NCBI GenBank assembly: GCA_038143065.1 | Contig: JAYQLI010000035.1 | Location: forward strand, 2,528,894-2,592,893 | Reading direction: 5' to 3' | Source: Rhodospirillales bacterium | Lineage (GTDB): Bacteria > Pseudomonadota > Alphaproteobacteria > Bin95 | DNA length: 64,000 nucleotides | Shown: piece by piece, positions 38,769 through 48,627 of the stretch | Layout: every line of letters starts with the position of its first letter | Numbering within the stretch: position 1 is the first letter of the stretch | Notes under the pieces: generated by a model | Database searches by the model: none | What the model was told of the DNA's origin: nothing | What the model saw: the letters and a program-made list of their open reading frames with translations, nothing else | Program-made: the position numbers and the translations under genes

Positions 38769-39221
38769 ATGTCTCGCCAAAGACTAAGTTTATTGATTGC
38801 ACTGGCAATGTTTGTTTGGTCTTTCATCACCGTTCAAACTAAAGATGTATTAGCGCAAGCAGATAGCGCCTCACCGCGTGACTACGGGATTACAGAAGGA
38901 GCACGTAGAGACAAGAGTGACCCGCTCGTGGTTGGAGAATTTGTCTTTAGTCAGCGATGCAGTACCTGCCATGCTAGAACAGCTGGGCGTGACAATGTCT
39001 ATGGCCCACACTTGTCTGGAATATTTGGTCGAGAAGTTGGTGCTACATCATGGCCTAAGCATTCAACAGCTTTAAATGACATGGATGGAAGTTGGACTGA
39101 AACTTCCCTGGAAAAGCTGTTGAGAGACCCACAAGGATTTTTTCCTGGCTTAAATAAAAATATCCAAGTGAGGTTCAAGAAATCTCGAACTGCTTTGATT
39201 GCTTATCTAAAAACGCTCTAG
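38769..39221 (+). CDS. Periplasmic class I c-type cytochrome (c2-like)
   Basis: Signal peptide, CSTCH, GPHLSGIFGR, W....L..LL.DP, LIAYLKTL. Confidence 0.8.
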   Translation: MSRQRLSLLIALAMFVWSFITVQTKDVLAQADSASPRDYGITEGARRDKSDPLVVGEFVFSQRCSTCHARTAGRDNVYGPHLSGIFGREVGATSWPKHSTALNDMDGSWTETSLEKLLRDPQGFFPGLNKNIQVRFKKSRTALIAYLKTL

Positions 39222-39301
39222 GTTTGTGCAAACACCTTTTTGAGGGTGATTTCAGTTAGACCAATATCTTACCGAAAAACGTAAGAGGTTTTGTGAATTT
39301 A

Positions 39302-39781
39302 TTAACCGGCCGCTGCTTTATTGGCCTCTGCATCGGCTTGGGAAACACTCACCCGATTATAGGCAATAGCACAGTGCTGTGGGCAATAGGGTTTGCCTGG
39401 CTCTGATGGTGCTCCACAGAAATGGAAACCTGGAAGTTTGGGATCGCCGAAAGGCCACTGACACGAGGGCCCCTTGTGATTGTATGTTTTACGACGAGGG
39501 GGCGGTGGGGGTGGAGTTTTTACACTCTCTGTTGGTTTTTTGGCAGTTGACGATGTTGCTTTGTTTGCTGTGGAAGCTGGTTTAGCACGAGGCGTCACAC
39601 GGCGGGCTGCTGTGCGTCGCTTGCGGTCGATTGGGGATTGTCGTCCAGGTAGCGAGAGGCGGTGAGCTTTTCCAACAACAGCATTCTTTGATACACCGAG
39701 CCTGCGTCCAATCTCTGCAGTACTCAAACCTTCAGCCCAAAGCTTTTCCAACTCCTTGATACGTTCAGGCGTCCAACTCAT
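39302..39781 (-). CDS. gcrA: GcrA cell-cycle regulator
   Basis: MSWTPERIKELEKLWAEGLS, SKNAVVGKAHRL, CQWPFGDP...FCG...PYCPQH. Confidence 0.92.
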   Translation of the reverse strand: MSWTPERIKELEKLWAEGLSTAEIGRRLGVSKNAVVGKAHRLSLPGRQSPIDRKRRTAARRVTPRAKPASTANKATSSTAKKPTESVKTPPPPPPRRKTYNHKGPSCQWPFGDPKLPGFHFCGAPSEPGKPYCPQHCAIAYNRVSVSQADAEANKAAAG

Positions 39782-40006
39782 TTTGAGTATATCCTTTCAA
39801 TTAAACCGGTACCTGACGACTTAGACGACACAGTTGACTAAGCTAGCTCTGTGAGCGATTTAGTCGACAGACAGATAGCAATCTTTCTTGGTTTAAAAAT
39901 TATTTTCGGTGCGAGTAAACAACAATTTTGTATGCTATACCTGAAACTCGGCTTGGCTTAAAGTCAGCCGCGACAATCCATTAATTTTTTTAAGGTAAAA
40001 ATTTCG

Positions 40007-40900
40007 ATGGCCGAAGATATTCTCTCATTTGATGATCGTGATGGTGCCATTTGGTTAGATGGCAAAATGATCCCTTGGCGGGACGCTAAGTTACATGTGC
40101 TAACTCATGGTTTGCATTATGCAAGTTCAGTTTTCGAAGGTGAAAGATCATACGGAGGTAAGATATTCGAGAGTCGTGCCCATTCAGAGCGCTTACATAA
40201 CTCCGCTCGTATTTTGGATTTTAAGATTCCATATTCTGTGGATGAGCTAGAAAAAGCTAAGTATGAGGTATTGCGTGCCAATAACATAATTGATGGTTAT
40301 GTGCGGCCAATTGCCTGGCGCGGCGCTGAGTTGATGGGTGTTTCGGCACAGGCAAATAAAATTCATGTGGCAATTGCTGCTTGGGAGTGGCCATCATACT
40401 TTTCTCCTGAAATGCGAGCCAAAGGCATCCGCATGAAAACCGGACCTTGGCGCCGCCCGGATCCTTTGTGTGCTCCTGTCGATAGTAAAGCTGCAGGTCT
40501 CTACATGATCTGCACGATGTCAAAGCACGCAGTTGAGGCTGAAGGTTATCAAGACGCTCTTTTCTTGGATTGGCGAGGGTTCGTATCTGAAGGAACCGGC
40601 GCCAACATTTTCTTAATTAAAGATGGGGAAATTCATACTCCCACACCGGACTGCTTTTTGAATGGAATTACTCGGCAGACAGTCATTTCATTGGCTGAAA
40701 ACCGGGGTATTAAGGTCATCGAAAGGCATATAGAGCCTCATGAACTTGCTGATTTTAGCGAGTGCTTTGTGACAGGAACGGCAGCTGAAGTAACCCCTGT
40801 TGGTGAAATAGATCAGCATCGTTTCATTCCAGCCCAAATTACTGAAACTTTATTAGCTGATTACGAAAGCCTGGTAAGAAGTCCTCCAAAGGACAATTAA
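40007..40900 (+). CDS. ilvE: Branched-chain amino acid aminotransferase
   Basis: HGLHYASSVFEG, KAAGLY, EGTGANIF, LNGITRQ, TGTAAEVTP. Confidence 0.93.
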   Translation: MAEDILSFDDRDGAIWLDGKMIPWRDAKLHVLTHGLHYASSVFEGERSYGGKIFESRAHSERLHNSARILDFKIPYSVDELEKAKYEVLRANNIIDGYVRPIAWRGAELMGVSAQANKIHVAIAAWEWPSYFSPEMRAKGIRMKTGPWRRPDPLCAPVDSKAAGLYMICTMSKHAVEAEGYQDALFLDWRGFVSEGTGANIFLIKDGEIHTPTPDCFLNGITRQTVISLAENRGIKVIERHIEPHELADFSECFVTGTAAEVTPVGEIDQHRFIPAQITETLLADYESLVRSPPKDN

Positions 40901-40913
40901 ACCTGAGGCTTAA

Positions 40914-40937
40914 CGCTCCCATACCCTTATGGGAGCG
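40914..40937. terminator. Strong hairpin after ilvE in a convergent intergenic region
   Basis: Perfect 10-bp stem CGCTCCCATA-CCCT-TATGGGAGCG. Confidence 0.5.
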
Positions 40938-41072
40938 CTGAGATAAAAGCTTTCACGGAGATTGGGATCCGTACCTGTATTTCTGTTATTTCAGCCAGCT
41001 GATAGGTATTAGGTGCTTGCCGGCACAGAGTTCTGCTGGCAAACACTATGCATTCCCAGTGCGTTAAGTGAT

Positions 41073-42608
41073 TTATAGAGGTATATTATCGTGCTTTTTC
41101 CAGGGGTTTTGGAGTTGCTTGTTTCGCAGCATCTTGAGTGATTTACATATCCGGGACCTGGTGTTGTGAGGTCGGATCACGTCATCGATATAACCTCTTC
41201 TGGCAGCAACAAACGGGTTGGCAAAGGCATCTGAATATTCTTGGGTTCGATTTGCTATTTTCTCTTCATCGCCAATATCTTCGCGAAATATAATTTCAAC
41301 CGCCCCTTTTGCTCCCATTACGGCAATTTCTGCCTGCGGCCATGCATAATTAACGTCACCACGTAGATGCTTCGATGACATTACATCATAAGCGCCCCCA
41401 TAGGCTTTTCTTGTTATTACGGTGCCCTTTGGAACGGTTGCTTCTGCGTAAGCAAATAAAAGCTTTGCACCATGCTTGATAATGCCGCCGTATTCCTGTC
41501 GTGTCCCTGGAAGAAATCCGGGAACATCAACAAAAGTAACAATTGGGATATTGAATGCATCTAAAAACCGAACAATTCTGCCCGCCTTACGAGCTCTGTC
41601 TATATCTAAGCATCCAGCTAAAACCATCGGTTGGTTAGCCACTATGCCAACAGTTTCTCCTTCCATACGAGCCAGGCCAATTACAATATTGCCAGCGAAG
41701 TCAGGCTGGATTTCAAAAAATTCTCCTTCATCTACGACCTTCTCAATCAATTCCTTTATGTCATAGGGTTTGTTTGGATTTGGTGGAATGAGACTGTCGA
41801 GCGACATTTCTTTCCGGTCTGCAGGATCAGAAGTTACTCTAGTTGGAGCCTTTTCACGATTGGAAGAAGGCAAAAAGTCAATAAATCTTCTAAGTTCAAG
41901 TAGTGCTTCGATATCATTTTCGAAAGCTAGATCCGCAACACCTGATTTTGAGGAGTGTGTTACAGCCCCACCCAGTTCTTCATGAGTAACGGTTTCATTC
42001 GTTACAGTTTTCACAACATCTGGGCCTGTTACGAACATATATGAAGTGTCTTTCACCATGAAGATGAAGTCAGTCATCGCGGGAGAGTAAACGGCGCCAC
42101 CTGCGCAAGGTCCCATAACCATGGAAATCTGTGGTACAACGCCAGACGCTAAAACATTCCTTTGGAAAACTTCAGCATAACCACCTAGAGAAGCTACGCC
42201 CTCTTGAATGCGAGCCCCACCACTATCGTTTAACCCTATGACAGGTGCGCCAACCTTTAGCGCCTGATCCATTATTTTGCAGATTTTTTCTGCATGAGCT
42301 TCCGATAGAGATCCGCCAAAGACAGTGAAATCTTGGGAAAATACGAAAACTAAACGTCCATTGACCATGCCATGCCCAGTGACGACACCATCTCCGGGCA
42401 CTTTCTGGTCTTGCATACCAAAGTCGGTGGATCTGTGTTCGACGAACATGTCGTATTCTTCGAACGAGCCTTCATCTAAGAAAGCATCGATCCGTTCACG
42501 TGCAGTAAGTTTACCGCGTGCATGTTGAGCATCGATTCGGCGCTGACCGCCTCCCAATCGGGCTGCGGAGCGCATTTCTTCAAGTCGGGTGTCAATATGT
42601 GTCATCAT
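41073..42608 (-). CDS. pccB: Propionyl-CoA carboxylase beta subunit
   Basis: [46 protein letters not shown]. Confidence 0.93.
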   Translation of the reverse strand: MMTHIDTRLEEMRSAARLGGGQRRIDAQHARGKLTARERIDAFLDEGSFEEYDMFVEHRSTDFGMQDQKVPGDGVVTGHGMVNGRLVFVFSQDFTVFGGSLSEAHAEKICKIMDQALKVGAPVIGLNDSGGARIQEGVASLGGYAEVFQRNVLASGVVPQISMVMGPCAGGAVYSPAMTDFIFMVKDTSYMFVTGPDVVKTVTNETVTHEELGGAVTHSSKSGVADLAFENDIEALLELRRFIDFLPSSNREKAPTRVTSDPADRKEMSLDSLIPPNPNKPYDIKELIEKVVDEGEFFEIQPDFAGNIVIGLARMEGETVGIVANQPMVLAGCLDIDRARKAGRIVRFLDAFNIPIVTFVDVPGFLPGTRQEYGGIIKHGAKLLFAYAEATVPKGTVITRKAYGGAYDVMSSKHLRGDVNYAWPQAEIAVMGAKGAVEIIFREDIGDEEKIANRTQEYSDAFANPFVAARRGYIDDVIRPHNTRSRICKSLKMLRNKQLQNPWKKHDNIPL

Positions 42609-42778
42609 CTTGGCTTTGGTAGTTGATTTTAAATCTGTACAATGGAATACCACTGCCCTGTGTCATATGCTACTGCCTTGCCTGTCGCAGCAAAAATTCA
42701 GATTGAAACCGTCTGGACAATTATAAAGTCTGAGTCTACTAAACCATTCTTGTCACGGACTTACTTGAGTTCGTCGAT

Positions 42779-42854
<76 letters not shown>

Positions 42855-42929
42855 CCGCCCCATTATATCTCAGGTTAAACCATTGGTTTCTAACGATTTA
42901 CTGTCATGTCAATCGTGGGAGGCCACCAT

Positions 42930-43238
42930 ATGGGCCACCAAAGTGCGCACTACCTGAAGCTCAAGGGGAAGACTTATTACTTCTCCCGGCGAGTCCCGAA
43001 AGTTCTCCAGCAGTACTCATCAGTGCCCAGAGTCGAGATTTGTCTTCATACAAATAGTCGATCTCTCGCCCAGCGCCAGGCGCTATTGCTGAGCCAGGAA
43101 CTGGAGGATCAATGGAGCATCCTGAAAAGAAGGCAACGGCAAGACCGGGTCGCGCGTTTCCTAGGGAACCCACTGGATCAGTTAAAAGTGCAGACACCAG
43201 TTGCCAGTGATGCACCGTTGTTGTCTGATCCGATGTGA
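42930..43238 (+). pseudogene. N-terminal DUF6538-type domain of a tyrosine integrase, truncated
   Basis: YLKLKGKTYYFSRRVP...ICLHT...A...A...LEDQW pattern. No catalytic domain; the ORF stops inside the left inverted repeat. Confidence 0.75.
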
Positions 43239-43328
43239 GACCTGGAAAGAGGCTTTGAGCGTACTTGCGCATGAAGCGCATGTAGTTTGCGTGTAACCTA
43301 CAGCACGACTGAAGTATGTAAGTGCTCT
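43219..43328 (+). repeat. Left 110-bp inverted repeat
   Basis: TGTTGTCTGATCCGATGTGAGACC...GTATGTAAGTGCTCT is the reverse complement of 48357-48466, except at 43258/48427. Confidence 0.97.
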
Positions 43329-43389
43329 GAGAAATACAGTAAGCTGATCTCAAATAGAATTCTTTTACCTGCAATTTACATGCAAGGGC

Positions 43390-45109
43390 ATGACCGTCGT
43401 GATCAGTTTACGTCTCTTCCTCACTATCGGTGTTGCCTTTTTCGTGACCGTTCTTGTTGCTGGTGTTGGTGGTCTAGGCATCTTCGGGTCGATTGAGAAC
43501 GCTCTGACGGTTAAGCGAGAGTTCCAGGCCTACCGTGCCGAGAACGTACGCATAACAGTGACCGACTATTTCGAACGTATCGAGGCCGAAACGAAAGTCA
43601 TCGGCAGTTTAATGTCCATGCAACCTGGGTTGGTCGATGACAACCTCCAGGTGAGTCTTCTATCCGCTCTTGTGAGCAATCTTGAAGGCGTCGAGGACGT
43701 CACCCTAGTTCGCCGAGATGGAACCAACGTAATGGTTTATCTCGAAGGCGAAGAGGTGGAATCAACCCTAAATGGGCCACTTGACCTTGAAAGCCTGGCC
43801 GTAATGCGCAGTGGCAAGCCAGGCGACGAAAGCGAGGGCTACGAGGATCTATATTTCGAGCCCAACGACCTGCGCGCGGTGACCAGCTACACGCTCCATC
43901 TTGAGGATAGTTCAGGTCGACAACTTGGAACCCTATTCATCGATATCGACATATTTACGCTGACCGATTCAGTCGCTCAGGATAGTCGGGCTGCTACGTC
44001 TTCTTGATGGACGAACGCGGTTTTATTATGGCTCACCCGGAACTGAACTCTGGAAACCTGGTTGAGTCCCTCGGCGCCTTACCTCATGTCAAGCACCTGC
44101 GGGACCCGGTGCCCAAAGCGGTGATCGACCAAATGCTGAAAACTGGCACCCCGCCGGAACGGGTCGATACCCCAGATGGAGCATTTCTAGTTACCGTTTC
44201 CTATCTGCCTGGCCTGGGCGATAGTAAATGGTTGGTAGGAAGTGCATCACGACCGCATCCTTGGTGACGCCTATGACCGGGCACAACTGATTGGTGCGGT
44301 TGGGCTTTTCGTTTTACTCGTCGCGGTCGTAATTTCACTATGGGTAGGCAGAAGGATCACCGAGCCAGTCCAGCGCCTCGCCTCGGCAGCTGACGCCATC
44401 CAGGCATTCCAGCTTGCTACCAGGCGGGCGGATTAGCCGCTTTACTGAGCTGAATACAGCCGAACGCGCTTTCCTCGCTATGCTGCGCGGCCTAAACGTA
44501 TTTTCACGGTATGTACCCAAGAGTTTGGTGCGTCGACTGATCCAGCTGGAGGACGAAAAGGACCGAGAAGTGACAATCCTTTTTACGGATATCGCCGGTT
44601 TCACAACGATCTCAACGGGTATGGCACCTGATGATCTAGCTAAAATGCTCAACGAGTATTTCACCATACTGGTAAATCCAGTACTGGCTGAGGAGGGTAC
44701 GGTCGACAAGTTTATCGGAGACGCCCTGATGGCTTTTTGAACGCGCCGGTCTCGCAGCCCGACCATGCCGACCGCGCGATCCGGGCAGCACTCGCCATTC
44801 GAGCTTCAACCGAGACTTTTAACCGTGAGCGCATTGCGGATAGGCGTCCATACTGGGGTCGTATTGGTCGGGGATATTGGCACTGAAGAGCGGCTCAATT
44901 ACACAATCGTGGGCGACCCCGTAAACACCGCTTCAAGGCTTGAAGCTCTCGGAAAAGAAGTTGGCAGCTACCTATGTATTTCTAATGAAACTCGGCAGTC
45001 TTGCAATGGGAATTACCTTTGGCGCCGCATTGGCGAGATAACCCTGCGCGGTCGCAGCGAAGAGACTGTGATCTTCACAATCGATGACGAGACCGAACAA
45101 GACACCTGA
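43390..45109 (+). pseudogene. Membrane-anchored class III adenylate cyclase (TM-periplasmic sensor-TM-HAMP-cyclase), broken into 5 ORFs
   Basis: [46 protein letters not shown]; HAMP-like RITEPVQRLASAADAI. Confidence 0.8.
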
Positions 45110-45359
45110 CGGCGCAGGCAAGTCGATCAGGGTCTATATGGTTCTATGTCAACAGGGTAACGTTTTTTTGCATCGCGGACCAACATCTGCATTTGGTTCA
45201 AGTCGAGGCAATGAAACTGCGCCCAAAGGCCCACCTTTGCACTTGCGTTGGTGAGCCTCAAGTGGCTCAAAATAGATGTTTCATATTATTCTACAGTTCT
45301 CGTTTGTGGAGAATTGTAGTGCAATCCAGATGACTTTTGTGCATCTAAGGAGAAGACTG

Positions 45360-46720
45360 ATGCAGGACAAGAAGATCGACCGACGATTATTTTTGAAGGC
45401 ATCAGCGGCGCTGTTGGCAGCGGCAGCAGGACTCCCGGTCGGAGCTACCCAAGCCCAGGACTTAGAGGGTTATTCTGTTATCATTGTTGGCGCAGGCTTA
45501 TCGGGTTTGGCCGCCGCGCGGGAGTTGCGCGCTGCTGGGGCGAAGGTAATAGTGCTGGAGGCCAGAGATCATATAGGCGGCCGTCTGCTGACCGACTGGA
45601 CCCTGGGGGTTCCCTTTGAAGTTGGAGCTGGCTGGATTCACGGCTTCTCTGATGAAAATCCTGCCAAGCAACTGGCCGACGCAGTGGGAAGTAAATACAT
45701 CTTTACCAACGACGAGAGCCTTGTTGTCTATTCCGCCGAGGGCAAAAAGCTCGATGGGAACCAGATCGAAGAGATCAATAAGAATTGGGAATGGATTCTA
45801 AAGAACGTCGACAATGAGCTGGAGGTGAACGATCAACGGACCTTAAAACAGGCGATCGACTACCTATTCCCACGAAAGTTGCAATCTATTGAGGCACAGT
45901 GGGCACTTTCGGCCTATACCGAGTTTTCCCGTGGTGCTCCGATCGAAGACTTATCAGCAACGCTCCATGACGAGGACGAGATATTCGAAGGAGCCGAAGC
46001 GATCGCACTAAATGGCTATGATGCGCTGCTTAAGCCAATCGCCAACGGCCTAGATATCCGCCTGGGTGCAGAGGTCGATTATATAGGTTACGACGATACC
46101 GGGGTGGAGGTTGAAAGCAATGCAGGTACATTTGAAGCTGACTTCTGCGTTTGCAGCGTACCACTTGGCATACTGAAGGCGGGTAGTATCGAGTTTGATC
46201 CTGAACTACCTCCCAGCTATCAGAAGAAGATCAAGCAGTTGGGCTTTGGCAGCGTGACTAAGATAGCGTTGGAGTTCGAAAACCCGTTCTGGGATGTCGA
46301 AAAGCAGTATTTTGGTGTGATGACCGAGACTAAGGGGCGCTGGAATTACTGGTTTAACTACCGCACTTTCTCAGACGCCAACGTTTTATTAGGCCTCAGC
46401 GTTGGATCCTACGCGCCAATTGTCGATGCAATGTCGGACGAGCAAATGAAAGCCGATGCGTTGGACGTTTTGCGCGGTGTCTGGGGTGATGCAGTGGAAT
46501 GCTGGCGACCCATTGGTCCACTGATCCGCATACGTTGGGAGCCTACTCATATCCCCGCGCCGGCAATCGCAAGGATGATTTCGACGACTTGGCAAATGGA
46601 GTGGACGATGTGTTGTTCCTCTGTGGAGAGCACACAATTTTCGATTATGCCGGCACCATTCAAGGTGCTTACATGACCGGATTGCGTGCAGCTGAGCGGG
46701 TAATCGAAGAAGCTGCCTAA
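45360..46720 (+). CDS. Tat-exported flavin monoamine/polyamine oxidase family protein (frameshift near 46497)
   Basis: AAGGAG RBS, DRRLFLK twin-arginine signal, GAGLSGL, EARDHIGGR, GAGWIHG, GAYSY, GEHT, GTIQGAY. Confidence 0.85.
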
Positions 46721-46800
46721 CCAAGATTTCTAATTCTTATCCATATTTGCGTTTCATCTAGAAGTGCCTTGCGCTAATCGCATTTTGTGCACTGGTTAAA

Positions 46801-46847
46801 TGCTATAATTTTGTGCACAGCAGCAAATTGTGCCGATAATTAGGTCA
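46801..46847. promoter_or_regulatory. Putative NtrC-family enhancer sites
   Basis: TGCTATAATTTTGTGCA (TGC-N11-GCA) at 46801-46817 and TGCCGATAATTAGGTCA at 46831-46847, about 90-135 bp upstream of a sigma54 box. Confidence 0.45.
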
Positions 46848-46934
46848 ACGATATAATGATGAACAATAAATCCTCCGCTCAAAAATACATCTAACACATT
46901 ATTATTGTTATATTGTTCTTCTATCATCTAGATA

Positions 46935-46950
46935 TGGCATGAATATTGCT
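46935..46950 (+). promoter_or_regulatory. Sigma54 (-24/-12) promoter
   Basis: TGGCATG-AATA-TTGCT matches the TGGCAYR-N4-TTGCW consensus; lies in the AT-rich region upstream of the porin. Confidence 0.7.
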
Positions 46951-47166
46951 TACGATGATTATAGGGGTTAATGGCAACCCTTAAAGTTTGATCTTGCAAG
47001 AATTGTACTAATATTGCATTACGTTATATTATTACATAACATTGAGATTATGCTTACGGAGGCGAGTATTTAAATGTTTGAACAAGAAATTCAGACGAAG
47101 GTACACGCCTCACTGAACTCTTGAGATTCTACAAGGTCTCAAAATCTTACATAGGAAATAAGGACT

Positions 47167-48202
47167 ATGAAAAAGACACTCCTTCGCACAACAAGCTTAG
47201 CGGCTTTAGCAATGGCGATATCTGCGACACCAGCCTCTGCAAAATTTGAGGTAGGTATTTCAGGCTATATGGAGCAATGGTTCGGATATTCTGACAACTC
47301 GAATTCAGCAAACGCCAACAGTGACGTTTTTGATGAAGTTTCCGACGTTTTATTCGCTGTGGAGTTTTATCAAGAATTTGAAAACGGAATAGAGGTCGGT
47401 GGTGCAATAGAGGTTCTTGGTGACCAAGGAGCCGCAGATCAAATCGACGGTCAATCTCTGTATATCGAGGGATCTTTTGGTCAATTAAATGTTGGCACCG
47501 GTGACGGGGCATCTGCTGCAATGCATCTTGGGGCAATTAGCAACGGTATAGGCTTAGATGACGGGGATGCTAGTGTTTGGATAGCTGGTGCGGATGAGGC
47601 TCTCAGCATTACTTCAGCTACATCAAATATAGATGGGGGTGCCAACAAGATTACCTATTATTCTCCGAGAATAAATGGGCTTCAAATAGGCGCGTCCTTT
47701 ATGCCTGACGCCGATGATGTGGACGCTGTCACGCCTGCTACGGCTGGACAAGAGGTAGATGCTCGTCGAGACAATTCGTACTCAATTGCCGCCCATTACG
47801 AGCGAACAATGGGCGATCTTACAATGTCGGGCAGCTTAGGTTTTATGGATGCAGGCGGTGGCGTTGCAGGCAATGAAACTGCTTTATCCGGCGGTATTCA
47901 CCTAGGATTTGGTGGCTTCATGGCATCTTTTGCATACGGCGAGCATGAAGACGACACGGCTGTGTCAGATAAAAACATCTTTGGAGTTAGTTTAGCATAT
48001 TCTGCCGAGGCCGCGGGTGTTTCCGTAGCATACGTCAGAGGTGAGGATAGTGATACTAACGATCAGCAGGATGCAATTGAAGTCGGAGCTTCCTATTCAA
48101 TTGGTCCTGGTGTTACCGCCTCATCGTCTTTGTATTATGTTGAACGAGTTACAGCCGGCAACACAGTAGCTGATGGAAGGCGGGCTGACCTTAACCTTCT
48201 GA
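47167..48202 (+). CDS. Alphaproteobacterial outer-membrane porin (3' end frameshifted; true end probably GGLTLTF*)
   Basis: Signal peptide MKKTLL...ASA, ISGYMEQWFGY, GSFGQL.VG, KITYYSPRINGLQIGASF. The shifted frame ends in a terminal Phe with TGA at 48200-48202. Confidence 0.88.
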
Positions 48203-48223
48203 TCCTTCAAGTTAGTCAAATCT

Positions 48224-48251
48224 AAGGGGTGGCTGCAAAGCTGCCTTTTTT
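48224..48251 (+). terminator. Rho-independent terminator after the porin
   Basis: AAGGGGTGGCT-GCAA-AGCTGCCTTTT stem with a GNRA loop, running into a T-tract. Confidence 0.7.
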
Positions 48252-48356
48252 ATATGGCATCAATCATCACGCCGCATCTTCTTCTTAACGAACGCCTTAA
48301 CCAAACAACAATCGCGCTCAGAGTTAATATGCGCATGATGCGTATGAAGGTTTCGT

Positions 48357-48466
48357 AGAGCACTTACATACTTCAGTCGTGCTGTAGGTTACACGCAAAC
48401 TACATGCGCTTCATGCGCAAGTACGCACAAAGCCTCTTTCCAGGTCTCACATCGGATCAGACAACA
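48357..48466 (-). repeat. Right 110-bp inverted repeat
   Basis: Reverse complement of 43219-43328 with a single mismatch. Confidence 0.97.
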
Positions 48467-48614
48467 GCAACAACAGCTGCCCCTTTAGTCCACCTTTTGA
48501 AATCTCGTGATTTCTGAGACCACCGGGGGCATCAATTGGTCAACATGGGACCCAATTCTCAGGCCACCACAGAGGCCACCAAATCTAGCGTAGACTTAGG
48601 GTTCGGCTAGCTGC

Positions 48615-48627
48615 TAACTTATTGATA
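48615..48627 (-). promoter_or_regulatory. IHF-binding consensus in the right att arm
   Basis: Minus strand TATCAATAAGTTA matches WATCAANNNNTTR; lies between the arm-type repeats and the att core. Confidence 0.55.

Larger units (their letters stand above)
43219..48466. mobile_element. Transposase-free cargo cassette flanked by 110-bp terminal inverted repeats
   Basis: TGT...ACA termini, inverted repeats 109/110 identical, three cargo genes and no recombinase ORF inside. Confidence 0.7.

Noticed and set aside
39981-39993. CtrA box in the gcrA/ilvE spacer
   Set aside because: The spacing is TTAA-N5-TTAA rather than N7, and it sits in an error-prone T run.
48280-48420. Integron attC site for the palindrome at the right IR
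   Set aside because: No correctly placed RYYYAAC...GTTRRRY pair bounds the hairpin, and there is no intI or cassette array.
43237-48448. BsaI sites (GAGACC/GGTCTC) in the IRs suggesting a synthetic construct
   Set aside because: It is one hexamer duplicated with the repeat; there are no vector or marker sequences, and the att context looks natural.
43214-48471. Target-site duplication around the IR cassette
   Set aside because: The flanks ACCGT and GCAAC do not match, so a simple recent transposition cannot be claimed.
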